A DNA stretch of 60,212 nucleotides, filler included, from Platydemus manokwari (Eukaryota): assembly GCA_037951405.1 (NCBI GenBank). It is 5 parts of 5 records of this genome, joined end to end, with 100 filler letters (N's around TTAATTAATTAA, not from the genome) between each part and the next. Parts side by side here need not be neighbours in the genome. Positions count along the whole stretch, not along the records: positions 9,259 to 20,995 come from JBBMOY010493331.1; positions 21,096 to 31,493 come from JBBMOY011137217.1; 3 more parts are not named here. One strand, written 5' to 3'. Made by a program: the position numbers and the translations under genes. Every line of letters starts with the position of its first letter. The stretch's first letter is position 1. Below, in pieces: positions 12,781-26,445 of this stretch. The notes below the pieces were generated by a model that saw nothing but the letters and a program-made list of their open reading frames with translations, searched no databases and was not told where the DNA came from.

Positions 12781-14820
12781 TTTTCATCCTATATATTTTT
12801 ATAGCTTGAGAAATTCTTCATGATTAAATTTTCTGAGCTTTAATCCTAAATTATTCGTAATTTTAATGTCATAATTTATTAAGCATCTTTTATTGTATGC
12901 TCACCAATTTTGTTAGCATTATTTCAATTGGTGAATTTTTGTGTTTTTATTTTATTTCTTTTAATGGGTAAATTTAGAAAATTTATTTTGCGAGATTTTC
13001 TTCTTGGAATCGATAAAGTCATTATAAAAATTATTTATACTTAAGAATGAAGATTTTTGCAAGGTAAGGCAAAATAAATTATTACAAAATTTTCTTTAAT
13101 TATACATTATTAATAAATAAAACATTAATACATTAAGTTGTCAGATAAAATTAGTCAAATACTTTTGTACATAAATATAATTGTCAGATAACAATCTTAT
13201 TGATCCATTCAAATTGTTAATTGTCCTCAACATAAAAGTGGGTATTCATTATATTACATTCTGAAAATTCAAAAGACTTCGAATTATACTAGATTGACCT
13301 GCTATAATAATATTCAATTATCACCTCAATTAAGTTTGATGTTTGTGTGCATACTTGTGTCACGTTTTAATTTGAAATTAAACTTTTAAAATTCCAATCG
13401 AACCTATCGATTGGTCAATCCCAATGTACCTAATATTATGTATCTATGTCTTTTTTCTAATTGGCATTTTCAATGTATGTCTTTTCTGATTGGTTGGCTG
13501 ATATGCTTCTATAATTGTGTAGGGATAAGCATGTGTAAAAGGTCAAAACAAGGGTTCCAAAGTGCAAAACCTAATTTTTTGTGTGATGCTCATCTTTACT
13601 AAGATATTATATAAGACATTTTGTAATTTATATGTTATATTTTATTTAGGTAACCAAATTTGAGGACACTTTCTAAAATGATATTGACTTTTTCAAAAAT
13701 TTGACTTGCCTGTATTAACTTCCAATTTTTATATTTAGTTTTCAATACTCGAAATAAAATTGGTTGAACATTAAATCATGAAATCTCATAATATATAAAT
13801 CTTATGATTTATTTGTTTATGATGTTATTTGATTTCTTGTAGTTGTTTAGATTTTAAAAGAATTTGGCTCGTTATATCAATATTATTTTAATATGCATTT
13901 TGTGTCTGACTTCAAAGACGTAGTAAAAAACGATAAAAAATTTAAATGTTAATAAATAAATAAAAGATGTAGATAAAAAATAGTTATTAGATCAAATGCT
14001 GTACAAATGACAACAATTATTTAATGACAAATAACCAGGTTTCTTAATTAGATTTCTTTAATTAAATATTATTGCTTTATGTTATATTTTAATAATCTTT
14101 TGTGGGGTTCTCAAATTATATTTTAAAATAATTGGGATCTACGAAATCCAAAACTTATACAGGTAAGACGATAAAGGTTTGATTAGCTTAGATTCTTACT
14201 GAAAGAGTAATTGGGCGAACCCCAAGGCACTTTTACTTACAATAGTTAAATAAATGGGCTGTAGAAAATACATTAAACTTGTTATCATAATAATAATAAA
14301 ATTACTGTTTAGGGTGTCAAGTTTGCAAATAATAATTTCATCTTTCTTGTCTGTTATTATAGTCGATAGGGTTTTGATATCTGGATTTTGAAAAAAAATT
14401 ATATACTTTTATTATTATTATTTATGATGGGATATTTAGGTACGCAACAATGCGTTCATTATTTGTAGCAACTTTATATTCATTATTATCAATTATAAAT
14501 TGATAATTATTATCAGACTTAACTTATTACTTTTAACATTTAAAGTTGTTATGTTATGAGTGATGATCAATATTTTAAAATAATTACTGATTCCACTTTA
14601 TAGAAAATTTTCACTTCATAATCATTGAACTCATGAAGTAATCTTGTAATTAGAGATTTAACTGAACTTAATCATAAGTATTAATCACGAATAAATAATT
14701 TTTAACATGCTTTGGCAATAACAAACTAGTTAAACTTTTGATAATGTTTAAGATTTGTTTAATTAAATCCAATTATTGCAACTGTTTCAAATATTTTAAT
14801 TTGTAATACTCTTGTAGATA

Positions 14821-16685
14821 ATGTCCAAAACTAGCTTGTTTGATAGTGCTCCTACAAAGAGCAAAAATTTGGTAGAGTTTAAAGCTGGAAAAATGAATAT
14901 TGATGATAAGAATTGGGTTCATCCTGATAAACGAAAAGGATTAGTTTATATTCACCGGGGTTCTGATGGGTTAATTCATTTTTGTTGGAAAGATCGAACA
15001 TCGGGAAAAGTTGAAGATGTATATATATCTCAAATTTGAATTGATATGATTTAAATTATACTTTAGGATTTAATAGTATTTCCTGATGATACTGAATTTA
15101 AAAAAATTCCTCAATGTACTACTGGACGAGTGTACGTTTTGAAATTCAAAGATTCGAAAAAGTTATTTCTTTGGCTTCAGGTTTTTAAAAATTAAAAATT
15201 TTAACTTTACTCATATTCGAAATTAGGAACCTAAAGTCGACAAAGATGATGAAATTTGCAAAAATGTAAATGAGAATTTGAATTCACCACCGCAAAGTGG
15301 TACAAATATAAGAAGTAAAAATATTATCACTTGTTAATTATTAAATTCTATATTTTTAGGTCATATGGACAGCGATATGCAAGAATTACTAACCGGTTTA
15401 GGTGGAGCTGGTTATTCTATTTCACAGAATGATATTATGAGTTTATTAGGTATAACCAATCAATAATTTTTAAATGAGAAATTGTGTGCGTTATAAATTT
15501 CTATAAGATGTTGCTTATCTATAATCGTAATTAATAATATTTTTGTGCAGGCATTGATAATAGTGGTCTGAGAAGTGAATCGGAAGTGTAAGACATGGTT
15601 GATTAGTTATTTATATTGAAACTATATGCAGTTCAAGCCGTGTTTCGTCTGCTAATCCTTCCGGTAAATCAAAAAAACCAATCGAACCGAAAGCTCAACC
15701 AAAAGCCGATGTGTCTCCAGTTGCCGAATCGAACGATGGGTCTGGTAAGATAAAAATCAATGATCTGAGATCGGTTTTGTCAAATATTCAATCAACCTAT
15801 GGTGAAAGTAAATAAAAAAAAAACTGATTTCTATACTGATATCGATAATCGACAAAATTCAGAGCCACTTCATATTGATTTAACCGATGCAATCAGTTCG
15901 GAGTCCGTTTTACCGTTACTCGATAAATCAGAAAATGTTGCTCGACTTCAACCATTGCTTCCAGCCTGTGAGAATAATGATGTCATCCAACACATCAAGG
16001 ACAATGTTCAATCACCACAGATGCATTCAGCAGTGAAGGTATTCTGATTGTTTTATTGATTTTTCTTATTTTATTTTATCGTTTTCATTTATAGCATAAA
16101 TTAACATTTAGTGAGAGGGGTGGGACATTTTAAACTGCATATTTTCCTCTGACCTGGGAAATTACCGATTAAAGCTATTAATTACTTGTTTTATTCGTCT
16201 CGTATTCATAAATGGCACTATTTTTCATTTCTGCAGTTCCACAGTGGGAATAATCAATCCTCCCAGATATTATTTATCATTTATTGATTTTTTTAATCGA
16301 TTTTTATCTGAATAGAATTGATTTTTAACGATTTTTTCTCAAAGATTTTAATATTGATTGAGGATAATTTTGATGAAATTTTACCTTTGTCTAGACATTC
16401 GGATCAGCTCTTCAATCGGGTGATTTAGCACCGGTCATTGCACATTTCAATTTGGGTGAAAAGGTCAATGAAGCTTCAAAAACTGGAAGTAAGAATCAAT
16501 TTCTGATGAGAGACACTGAGAGAGAGAGAGTGAATATAATAACATTTATGGAATGATTTTGTTTAGATTTGAAATCATTTGCCCAAGCAATGGAGAGCAG
16601 TTTCCATGTTAAAAACAAGGAAGAGCTGGAAACGATGCCTGCAGATGAAACATCACAAGGTGATGAACCAATGGAACAAGACTGA
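14821..16685 (+). CDS. ADRM1: Proteasomal ubiquitin receptor ADRM1/Rpn13
   Basis: Pru domain [46 protein letters not shown] and C-terminal UCH37-binding region; GT-AG exons 14821-15018, 15067-15180, 15227-15314, 15360-15449, 15551-15588, 15632-15808, 15863-16038, 16395-16488, 16567-16685 (TGA). Confidence 0.97.
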
Positions 16686-17744
16686 TATGGAGGAGTGAGA
16701 GAGAGAGAGTGGTTCTATTCGTATTGAAATGGGGATTGTGTAATAATCAATACAACATCTTGTGTGTGTGTGTGTACAATATATATGCTGGAGTTTCATG
16801 ATTTGTTCATGTATTACCATCTTTGTTAACTGATTTGTTTTAGTTATTGAAATATTTTTTAATTATTGCTCCACAATTATCATTATTATTGATATTATCC
16901 TCTCTCGTCGGCATTTGTTTGGTATCATTGCTTTATTAATTTCATGGTTTTAAAAATCAATGGATTACTTTATTTATTTGTCACATTTCAAATAGGTCAG
17001 TAAAAATCGGGTTAAATATTTTAGTTTTGTAAACATGAGATTTTTTCATTATTTTCTGTTCTTATTTAAAATCGATATAAATTCCACTGATCAGTTAAAA
17101 TCGATATTATTTAACAATTGAATTTATTTATTTACAAAGAATGAAGTTAACTTTGTAAAATATATCGATTCATAATTTTCATTTTTTATTAATGTTTGAA
17201 AGACTATCAAAAATGAAATATTTATATTTGACCTCTTTTCTCAATGAATTTCTAATTTATACGATAATTTATTCCAAAATGCTAATTTATTGATCAGATC
17301 ATGTTGAAAACTTTATTTGTGGAAATTCGGATTTGTTTTTAGTATTTTAAATATTTCTCGTAAATTGATTGGAAACTATCAGCAAAATAACAAATCAGAA
17401 GAAGCTATCAATACAAATTGTCTTCGGTTAAGTTTTCAAGTAATTTTATAGTTTGTGTTAAAATCAGTTCTAATGAAAATTGATCACATCGTAATTTATT
17501 TACAGATAATTATTTATTTATCATTAATTCTTTACAATTTAAAGGGCTAATATTATTACTAATGTAATGTCACCGAAAGAGTTTCACTGGAACACATTTC
17601 ATAGATTCTAATTGTAATCTTCGGGAATTTTTATAAACAATCAGGTTTAATAATAAACCATCATTTACTTGATTTATAAAAGGGTTACATAAAATTCGTA
17701 GAAGACAGTCGATAAAATTTGGAAAAACAAGGATTAGCGAAATA

Positions 17745-17915
17745 CAGTGTTCCTCCTCCTAACCGCCAATTTAGGGGAATTGGATAAGTGTAGCGGTTAA
17801 GAGGATTTTTTATAAGAAAAATAATAAAGAACAATCAAATGAACTTTCTATTGGAAAAATGTGACGGATATGAGGAATTGGCGGTTAGGAGTGGTGGTAA
17901 AGGAAGAGAATATTG
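17745..17915. mobile_element. ~170-bp MITE (Tc1/pogo-like)
   Basis: TA on both flanks, CAGTGTTCCTC / GAGAATATTG termini, and a perfect 16-bp subterminal inverted repeat ctcctaaccgccaatt / aattggcggttaggag. Confidence 0.7.
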
Positions 17916-20616
17916 TATTACATTTTATATTGAAGGACAACTAAAAAATCGTGAACCTGAGTACATAATCACCTGTGATTGGTTTGAACAGAAATTATTT
18001 AAAATATTTTTGTAGGCCGCCACATATCAATCTCTTTAAATCGTTATTTTTCTTCTAACTTAGTCCTCATGTTAAGCTGAAGTCCCTAATAGAACAAATC
18101 ATTAATAGCATAATTCATTATTACCTTCGTCACCGAATGAATGTTTAGCTTATATCATAATTTTAGAAAAATTGAGAAAATGACAACAATGCCATGAAAT
18201 CTGTGGGTGGATAAGTGACGAGTCAATTTTACTTCTCATGGTATTAAAAACGGTAAAATAATTTCTAGGTTTTTGTACTGAAAACCACTTACATCTAGCA
18301 TATATATAGTATATTTTTTATAATTTTGTTTTTTATTCTGCGCTTTTTGTGGAAGGCTTCTACAATATTGTGTTGACCATTATATAAATTTCAAATTAGT
18401 AAAATTAGGCCTCTATTCCCAAATTTGTGTTCAATAACCATAGATTTATTTTGCTACTTTATTGAATAGTTGCAACGATAAAAATAATTCTCATTATCAG
18501 ACGGACCATTTACTTGAATTTGAATTACTGAATCTGAAATTATTTTATAGAATCAAGAGAATGATATGTAATGAAATAAATACATTCGAGTTAGATTACA
18601 AATTTAAAACCATTAAACAACAAAATAATATTGTCCGACTCTAGCTCCAATGACCACTCTAGTGCGTGATCTAGAGATAAAAGGGATGCTGAAATTGAAA
18701 TAAGGTGATAACAACTAGTAACCAAATATAGAAATTCTCCTACTATATCGACTTCTGATTTTGTTTTAGTTACTTGTTAAGTGGGTTTTCAATGCCGGAT
18801 AATGGGTTCATAGCGATAAAGGTACCGACAATTATTTTAATTTTACTTGTATTTTCTCGTCTATTATATATTACTCCAAGTTATTATTTTAATCGGTTAG
18901 AAATGATTTATACATTTACTCCAATCGTCAACGATTATGATTTTTAAAATTCGGTAAATATTTTTGACCTTTTTGATAAAGTAGAATTATTATTATTTTA
19001 CTATTATTTAAAATATTGTATTTTCATTTTAGAATTACCTTATGTGTGAAAAAGCCACATTTTACAGTATTGGATTTAGATTTTTATACATTCCGCGTTT
19101 TAAAATCTATTTTGAAAATTATAGCATTACATAAAATCACAAATGCATTTGTTGTTATTAAGCACACATTCACCAGTTTATTGTTCATTCAATTGTCGAC
19201 TATTTTTTGTTGTACATATTTGCAGGATTGATTTGTTGAGTTCATGTGTACAGTTTGTATTGTTGTTCATTGCTGTTTTGATTAGATTGGTTACAATCAC
19301 ACAAAACACATTTTTAAACACAGAAAATCAACATACGTTTCCGCAAATAATATCCCCAGTGAATCTCCAATCACGACAATAAGCAACCACTAAATAATCG
19401 ATGAAGAAGCAGCAGGGTATTGTAGCATTCTATTAATATTCTCTTTATATATAGTGCCATTATTATATAAAAAACTTTCACCTATGCAAATACTAATCGA
19501 TGAAATTTTTGTCATCACCACAGTTTCCAGACGCATTTGTCAGTTTGAAGTTATTAAATAAATATTCTTATTCTCGGCCAATCTTCTGTTGGGTTTCTGT
19601 TATTTATATGATGTTTGAAATTCAACAACGTGAGTTTTCAAGTGTATTTTTGTGTTTGAAAGTTATTTACAATTATATTCTAAAATTATTTAATCAACAT
19701 GTATCTTTGTGTTTAAAGATTTATTTACCGCCACTAATGATACACAGGTTAACTCCTACAAATGATTTTACAACAATATGTTCAATTGTCTTGTTGAAAA
19801 TGCAAAAATTTTGATGATATTCGTTTAAGCAAACATGTTAGATGGTATCTAGAAGGGGTGAGTCTTTTGGTCATTTAAATTATTAATTAGAAAGTTGATT
19901 ATCCAAATTACTAGGAATTATCACTTCTTAAATTATATTGTCCTTTCATTGATGCAATAAATTTCTTTAATATTCTCCTTCAAATATTGTCTCGACATTT
20001 TAACAACGTTAGTAAGTGCTTCAAGAATTAAAAGACAAGAAACGATTTAAAAAAATCACAAAAATGATAAAATTGCAAAATCAAAAGGCAATATAAATAA
20101 GATTAAGAAACAAAAAAACTGTTGAATTTTCTAATGATTCTGATACAATTAGATAATTATCAAAAATTAATTTTCATAACTACAATAATAATTGTCAATA
20201 ACTGTCACATATTCATATCCACCTTCCAATTTATATTAGGCATCTTATTTATTGTATTGTTACCGTAAAAGTTATTTATGTTGTTATGGTAATTTATTTT
20301 AATTATGTGATTTACAGAGATATTTCGTGAGGAAATGCAAGTACAAATTAATTAATTAAATAATAACAGAAAATAAAAATATTAAGTAAAAATTAATGAG
20401 AAAAATTAGAAAGATTAAATTAGGTATATATAACAGCGAGTTAATTTAACCACATTTAGACCGTTAAAAATCTACATTATTATGTAACAGAGAAACCGTA
20501 AATATTCTGAAATATTGTTTTTTACGGGACATTTTTACATCTATGATTAAAGGTGTTCGTGAAATACTAACCGGGTTCATAGCGATATTGGGTTCTGATA
20601 GTTATATCAGTTATAC

Positions 20617-20670
20617 CAGGGGTGGCCAACCGGTCGATCGCGATCGACTGATCGAACTTGAAGCCAATTT
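20617..20670 (+). mobile_element. hAT-like transposon terminus
   Basis: CAGGGGTGGCCAAC terminus followed by the perfect palindrome GTCGATCGCGATCGAC (20633-20648); the other end is not seen before the gap. Confidence 0.6.
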
Positions 20671-20995
20671 TAGTCTAGATAGACAAAAGTTGTATACGAT
20701 TAATTGTTCATAATTACCAAAAATATTCACAAATAAATTAAAAAGAATTAACCCACGCCTCAAGATTGAAACTGCTACTTTACCAAGAACTTAATAGCAT
20801 TAGTTGCCTTGCCGTTTTAAATTATATATTTTTTAGAATACTTGAAATACGCTGGAGCTTAAAGAATATATAATATTTGGTCTATAACTTAAAAACCGGA
20901 AATTTTTTAGAACAATTGAAGAAAATCTTGTACAATTCTGTTATCCAAAGTAATGTCCATCGGAAGTTACAACATTTCCCCATCTTTCGGGCAAT

Positions 20996-21095
20996 NNNNN
21001 NNNNNNNNNNNNNNNNNNNNNNNNNNNNNNNNNNNNNNNTTAATTAATTAANNNNNNNNNNNNNNNNNNNNNNNNNNNNNNNNNNNNNNNNNNNN
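20996..21095. other. Assembly spacer
   Basis: N44-TTAATTAATTAA-N44. Confidence 0.97.
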
Positions 21096-24000
21096 CTAAA
21101 TAAATATTTGTTTGAAAATAATTGCTTTTTAATTAACTTCGATTTAATTATCATTTGGTTTTTCTATTTATATATTTATTTGTTTCATATGTTTTTCTTT
21201 ATTGATAGTGGATATAGTTAATATATGAAATTTCAAGAAATAATAATAAGAAGTGATAATAATTATTTTTCGATAATTCCATAATATCCGAAAGGAAATA
21301 GTAATATTTTTATAAAGTGCTACTTTATTCCTTGCTTCATGGTTTATGTTATTTTATTTCTCTTTGAAATTTACATCTTTCTGACGATCCTTGAAGCATA
21401 TTAACTTATGTTATGTAAAATATTTTTTTAATTAATGTTATTATCAAAATTAAATAAAAATGATAAAATACCCAAAGATATAAACTTCGAATTTTAAACA
21501 TGGATATAGTATTATTGAAATAATATTAATAAGTTAATAAAAATGCAAAGAAGTGGAGATGTGTTGGGTTATTTTCATCCATTAGATAAAATGATACAAT
21601 AATTAATGCCACGTAAATAAAATGGTCATTAATAAAATAATTTTATCAATAGAAAGACTAAAATAATATTTTTTTAAAAAAATAACAGATTATTAATGGC
21701 AGAAAAATTAATGAAATTGGCTTGTTGTTTCTGAATTAGTAAAGCAAAGTGACGAGCATTTAAAACATTTTATAATTGGATAATTGAAGAATTGATTCGT
21801 TGGATAATGGAATTATTTCGATTAAATTGAAACTGAAGACTCACTGTGATAAATTTGAAGATTAGATATAGAATCGGTAATTAAATAGAAGATTGGTATA
21901 TAATCAAAATTATTGGCATAGAGTAGTAAAACTTGGTAATTTGATGATTATTAATCTACAATAGTATAATTTCATGATATATCAACTCACAATGCTGTAA
22001 AGTCGTTTCACGATGTTAATGTTGTAAATAGATAATTGTGTGTAATGTATTAATGTCTAGGAATAAATCCGATAGTGGTATTCCTTTTCATATAGGAACT
22101 TTGTGCTCATAAATAAATATCGGATTAAACCCATTCTGTCAATTGATCTTTTTTGTAATTGCAATTTTGTTCGTCATCGAGTGACTTTTGATTAAATTGT
22201 CGAGGACCCTGACAAATGTTAGTTAGATAATTTAAAAACGCGTTAAAGTTTATATTTAAAGAAACACCAAGTCAACATAATTCATCTAGTAACTTAGATA
22301 ATCATAAAAAGTGTTCGTGTACCATTAATAAAATATTTATATAATGTAATTTCTAAAATCAATCTTTTTAAAATATATAATATTTAACATTTTAAAGCTC
22401 TTAATCTTGAATGCCTAATATTTTTTAATGATTTTCTTTCTATATTTTATTCATGATTCTCCTTCTAAATAATTCAAATATCTGACTGAATACGCTAGTT
22501 TTTAATTTAAAAAAATCTATCTCTCACCAAGGAATTTTATTTTTGGAGTATTTATGACTGTTGCTAACAAAATCAAGCTCTAAAAAGTATGGAGATTTAT
22601 AGATTTTTTAGTATTGCTGACGAAATTAGTAGTTAAACTTAAATTCGACTAATTGTCTCTGAGCATGGACTTAGTTTGTAATGGTTTGCGCTTTAGATAG
22701 GAAATAAATTTATGATAACCAGAGCTTTTAACTGGATACAAATTAACACTCTTTTCGCTGTTAAAATCCATTTTGTACGACAACTTTAATTTAATTTTAC
22801 AGGTTGTCTTTTCTTTTTGCAAAACTAATACTTGATGTTAGTTGTCTGTTTTATTTCACTAATTTTGACTCAGAGCAACAACCAATGCAAATGGTTATCT
22901 CTGAATAATTCGATAAAGCGAAATTGCAGATTCAGATATCTTTTGAGCATGTAGTTCGTTTCTATCATTTCTGAAAGATTTTATAATATAGCCTCAGATT
23001 TTAATTTTATTGGTATTATTGGCATCTTCCATTAATGTCGATTATTACGATTGTTCTCTAATGCTGTAGATTAGTGTTAGAGATGTCATCAATTCTTCAT
23101 TAGCTTCGTTCATGAGAATTTATTCAGATCTACATTTGTAACTTTTCAAGATATTACATTTCATAGGGGGAGTTTTCATTACTTTACTGTGTGAGTGCAT
23201 TCATCCAATACATGTATTTTAGAAAAATGCTTGTAGTGATGCGTCATTTCTCTATTTATATTTCAAATTATTGTAATATGAAGGACAAAACGGAGAGTAT
23301 TTATAGAACTATAAAATCGCGATGTTATTTTATTTATAAAATAATATATGCCTTGAAGAACTAATCATTCTATTTTAATTGCTTACTTGATTTTACTCGT
23401 CCAATCTCCGGTACCAAATATCGTCTAGCTTTGTTTTCTGACTTGACTAAAACAAATTCAAAACTTAGAATAATTAAAACTGTTGCGTGGCTTAATAACC
23501 AATTGAAAAATCAGTTTGATACTTAATATCTTAAATATTGTTCAAATGACACAATAATCTGATAAATTATGAGAAGACAGATTCAGTCTTACAACATAAC
23601 ATTCAAAATTCATTTTATATAAGCTAACAAAATTAGTTTTTGTTCAGATTTGTTTTTTAAAAAAAGAAAATTTGTTATATTTTATTTGTAGCATCATAAA
23701 CAGAAACTAAAAGTTATTCGTTTATTCAAATCGATTTGTGACAAAGAAAATTCTTTAATACACACCTGAAAATTATTTTACCGTATATAAAATATTAAAC
23801 AAAATCTTCACGCCGATGGACTGGATGTGCTTTTTTAGTTTTATATACAGATATTAATCTTAGAAAAAACTGAGAATTAATTTTTGATGACGAAATATTT
23901 TAATTTTGTCAACCACATCTTTTGATAATTATAATCTATACTGTTAAGTGCTGCTCTCATCCAGAATCAAAGACTTATGTGCTGAACTAATTAACTGGAC

Positions 24001-24520
24001 TAATCATTTTCCAATTTACACTTCGTAATTAATTTTATTATACTTTTCATATACATTCAAAATAGTTTTACAATATAGCAACTTAGTAATGAAAAAAAAT
24101 CAAATTTATAAAGATATTTCAAAACTAGTTAGTGGTAAGTGTCTCATATCTAACTTCAATCAATCGTTTAATTTTTGATGGCTGTATTTTAAAAGGAGTT
24201 TCTGATTTTTTAAACAAAATTTATAAACTTGATCATGGAAGTTAGTGGCGCTTTAAAAACTTTACCATTGAGAATTTTTAATTAAAATATATTCAAGCGT
24301 GCTTTAGCTTTGCTCAAAAACTTGAAAATATATAAATATCCAAAAAAATTTAATTTAATTGGATGATGGATTATTTTTCAGGAAATTAAGAATACTATTG
24401 GGAATCATTATGGTTATAAATCATTCGAAATTAACTTTTGATTTCTTCAAATTTGATTGGTAACTCAAGAATCAAATAAAAACAACTATTTATTTTCTTT
24501 ACATTTATTATCATAATTCA

Positions 24521-25498
24521 ATGATTTTCATAATAAACACAACATTAGGTGATTCCGTCGGTTTTACGGTGATTCGTTTCATCTTGATAATATTTTACTT
24601 ATTATTGAATGTGAATTTATTTGTATTCGTTTCAAAGCATAAAATCGCCTCAAGAACCGCCACCATTATTATTAAATTACAAACAATCAGCGATATCTTA
24701 GCTCTGTTTGCAGTCACCTTCGTACAGTTCAAAGAAGAAATACTCTTTCAATCCTACAATGTCGGTTATGTAAAGTTTTATTGCTATTTATTCTATGATC
24801 ATCCATTATTATGGGTCTGTTTGAGTGTAAGTATTTATTTGATGGTCTCTCTAACGATCGATAGATTCATCTGTATTGTATTTCCAATATACTATCGAAG
24901 AAGAAAACGGTTTGAAGTCTATTGCTACCTACTATTTGCAATATTGTGTGGACTAATTTTTGGACTCTCAAATTCGTTTCAATTGAAAATAACGACTTTA
25001 ATTTCCAATAACAGCAGAAATAATTTTACATTTACATATTCATGTGAAATACGCAAATCGATATTTAATATCTATATTAGCTTGTTTATGTTTCTGATTG
25101 GACCAACAATAACCATTTTGATTTTAAATCTGGTTTCTATATATTTTCTCTATCGATATTCAAAAGCAAAAATCGCTTTAAATAACAAACTGATTCACAA
25201 AGCTCGTCAAAGATTAGTCACCAGATTCACAATAGTGAATATCATTTCAAATTGGGCCTATATTTTTCTTTCATCATTAGATTCAACATTTTACACAATG
25301 TACAATTTAGGAAATATGAGAATTCTTCTTTACGAATACTATTCATATTATAGCCCGTACTATTCAGTTTGCTTGACGTCTATTAGTCCGTTAGTGTATT
25401 TGATTTTGTTCAAAAACTTTCGAAGATTTTCATTTGAAATTGCACAGTCGTTTATTGTAAAACACAAAAAACAGAATTATAAAATGGTAGAAATATGA
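24521..25498 (+). CDS. Intronless rhodopsin-family (class A) orphan GPCR
   Basis: 325 aa with 7 hydrophobic segments, TM2 LQTISD, TM3 Cys and LTIDRFICIVFPIYYR, ECL2 Cys, TM5 Pro, TM7 SPLVY and helix 8 FKNFRR. Confidence 0.9.
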   Translation: MIFIINTTLGDSVGFTVIRFILIIFYLLLNVNLFVFVSKHKIASRTATIIIKLQTISDILALFAVTFVQFKEEILFQSYNVGYVKFYCYLFYDHPLLWVCLSVSIYLMVSLTIDRFICIVFPIYYRRRKRFEVYCYLLFAILCGLIFGLSNSFQLKITTLISNNSRNNFTFTYSCEIRKSIFNIYISLFMFLIGPTITILILNLVSIYFLYRYSKAKIALNNKLIHKARQRLVTRFTIVNIISNWAYIFLSSLDSTFYTMYNLGNMRILLYEYYSYYSPYYSVCLTSISPLVYLILFKNFRRFSFEIAQSFIVKHKKQNYKMVEI

Positions 25499-26445
25499 AA
25501 CCAATGATTGAATGAATAATATTATTGGATACAAGTCCTAGAGCCACGAAAAGTCCCACAATACGATATGAACTGGCGTATTTATATTGAATTGAGAATT
25601 GTCAGTGGACCCGGTAAAACAGTGAATAATGTAACTCAGATAAAAATAATAAATTTACAACAAAATAATTGTACAAAATAAATAGAATTAAAAATAACAA
25701 TTAAATGAAAATTATAATTATATATAATCATTAAATATAATTATAAAAATAATAATTAATAATATTAAGAAAATATGAAATTCATGAAGATATAAGTAAA
25801 TAAAAGATAAATAAATATAATATTATTTGAAATAATTATAAATAAATAATTAAAATAAATTTAAAAACAATAAAGGAGAAATATTAATAACATCTACACA
25901 CGGGGCTTAATTGATGCCACTTGACCTGTTCTGGGATAATTAATTATAATACTGGGTGTGGATAACTTGTTTACACTTAACAGGAAATATATAATCCTAT
26001 ATTGCTATATTAAAAAAAATCCTATATTCGCCTGTATTTGGAAACCGATATTGTCACCAGATATAATTAGTCGAACTAGAACTGTCAATCTATTTTTAGA
26101 TGCATTAACGCAGAATAAAAAGCAGAGATTTTGTAAATCAATGAATCACGTGATGTGAAATGATAAATATTGCCACCAATCAATAATAAATGATTATTTT
26201 GATTTCAATTTAAGATGAGATGAAATAGATCAATAAATAATTATATAAAATAATCCAAAATCATAATTTTAAACTGTAAAAATATTTGTAAAAATACAAA
26301 TTAATAAAAATTTTATACCATTTTAAATATAAAAAAATTATAAAAAAGGATACAAATAAATAAAAATATAAATAATATTAGAAAAACTACATAAACATAT
26401 TAATGAATAATATATAAATAAATCAATAATATTCCAGAAAATTAC

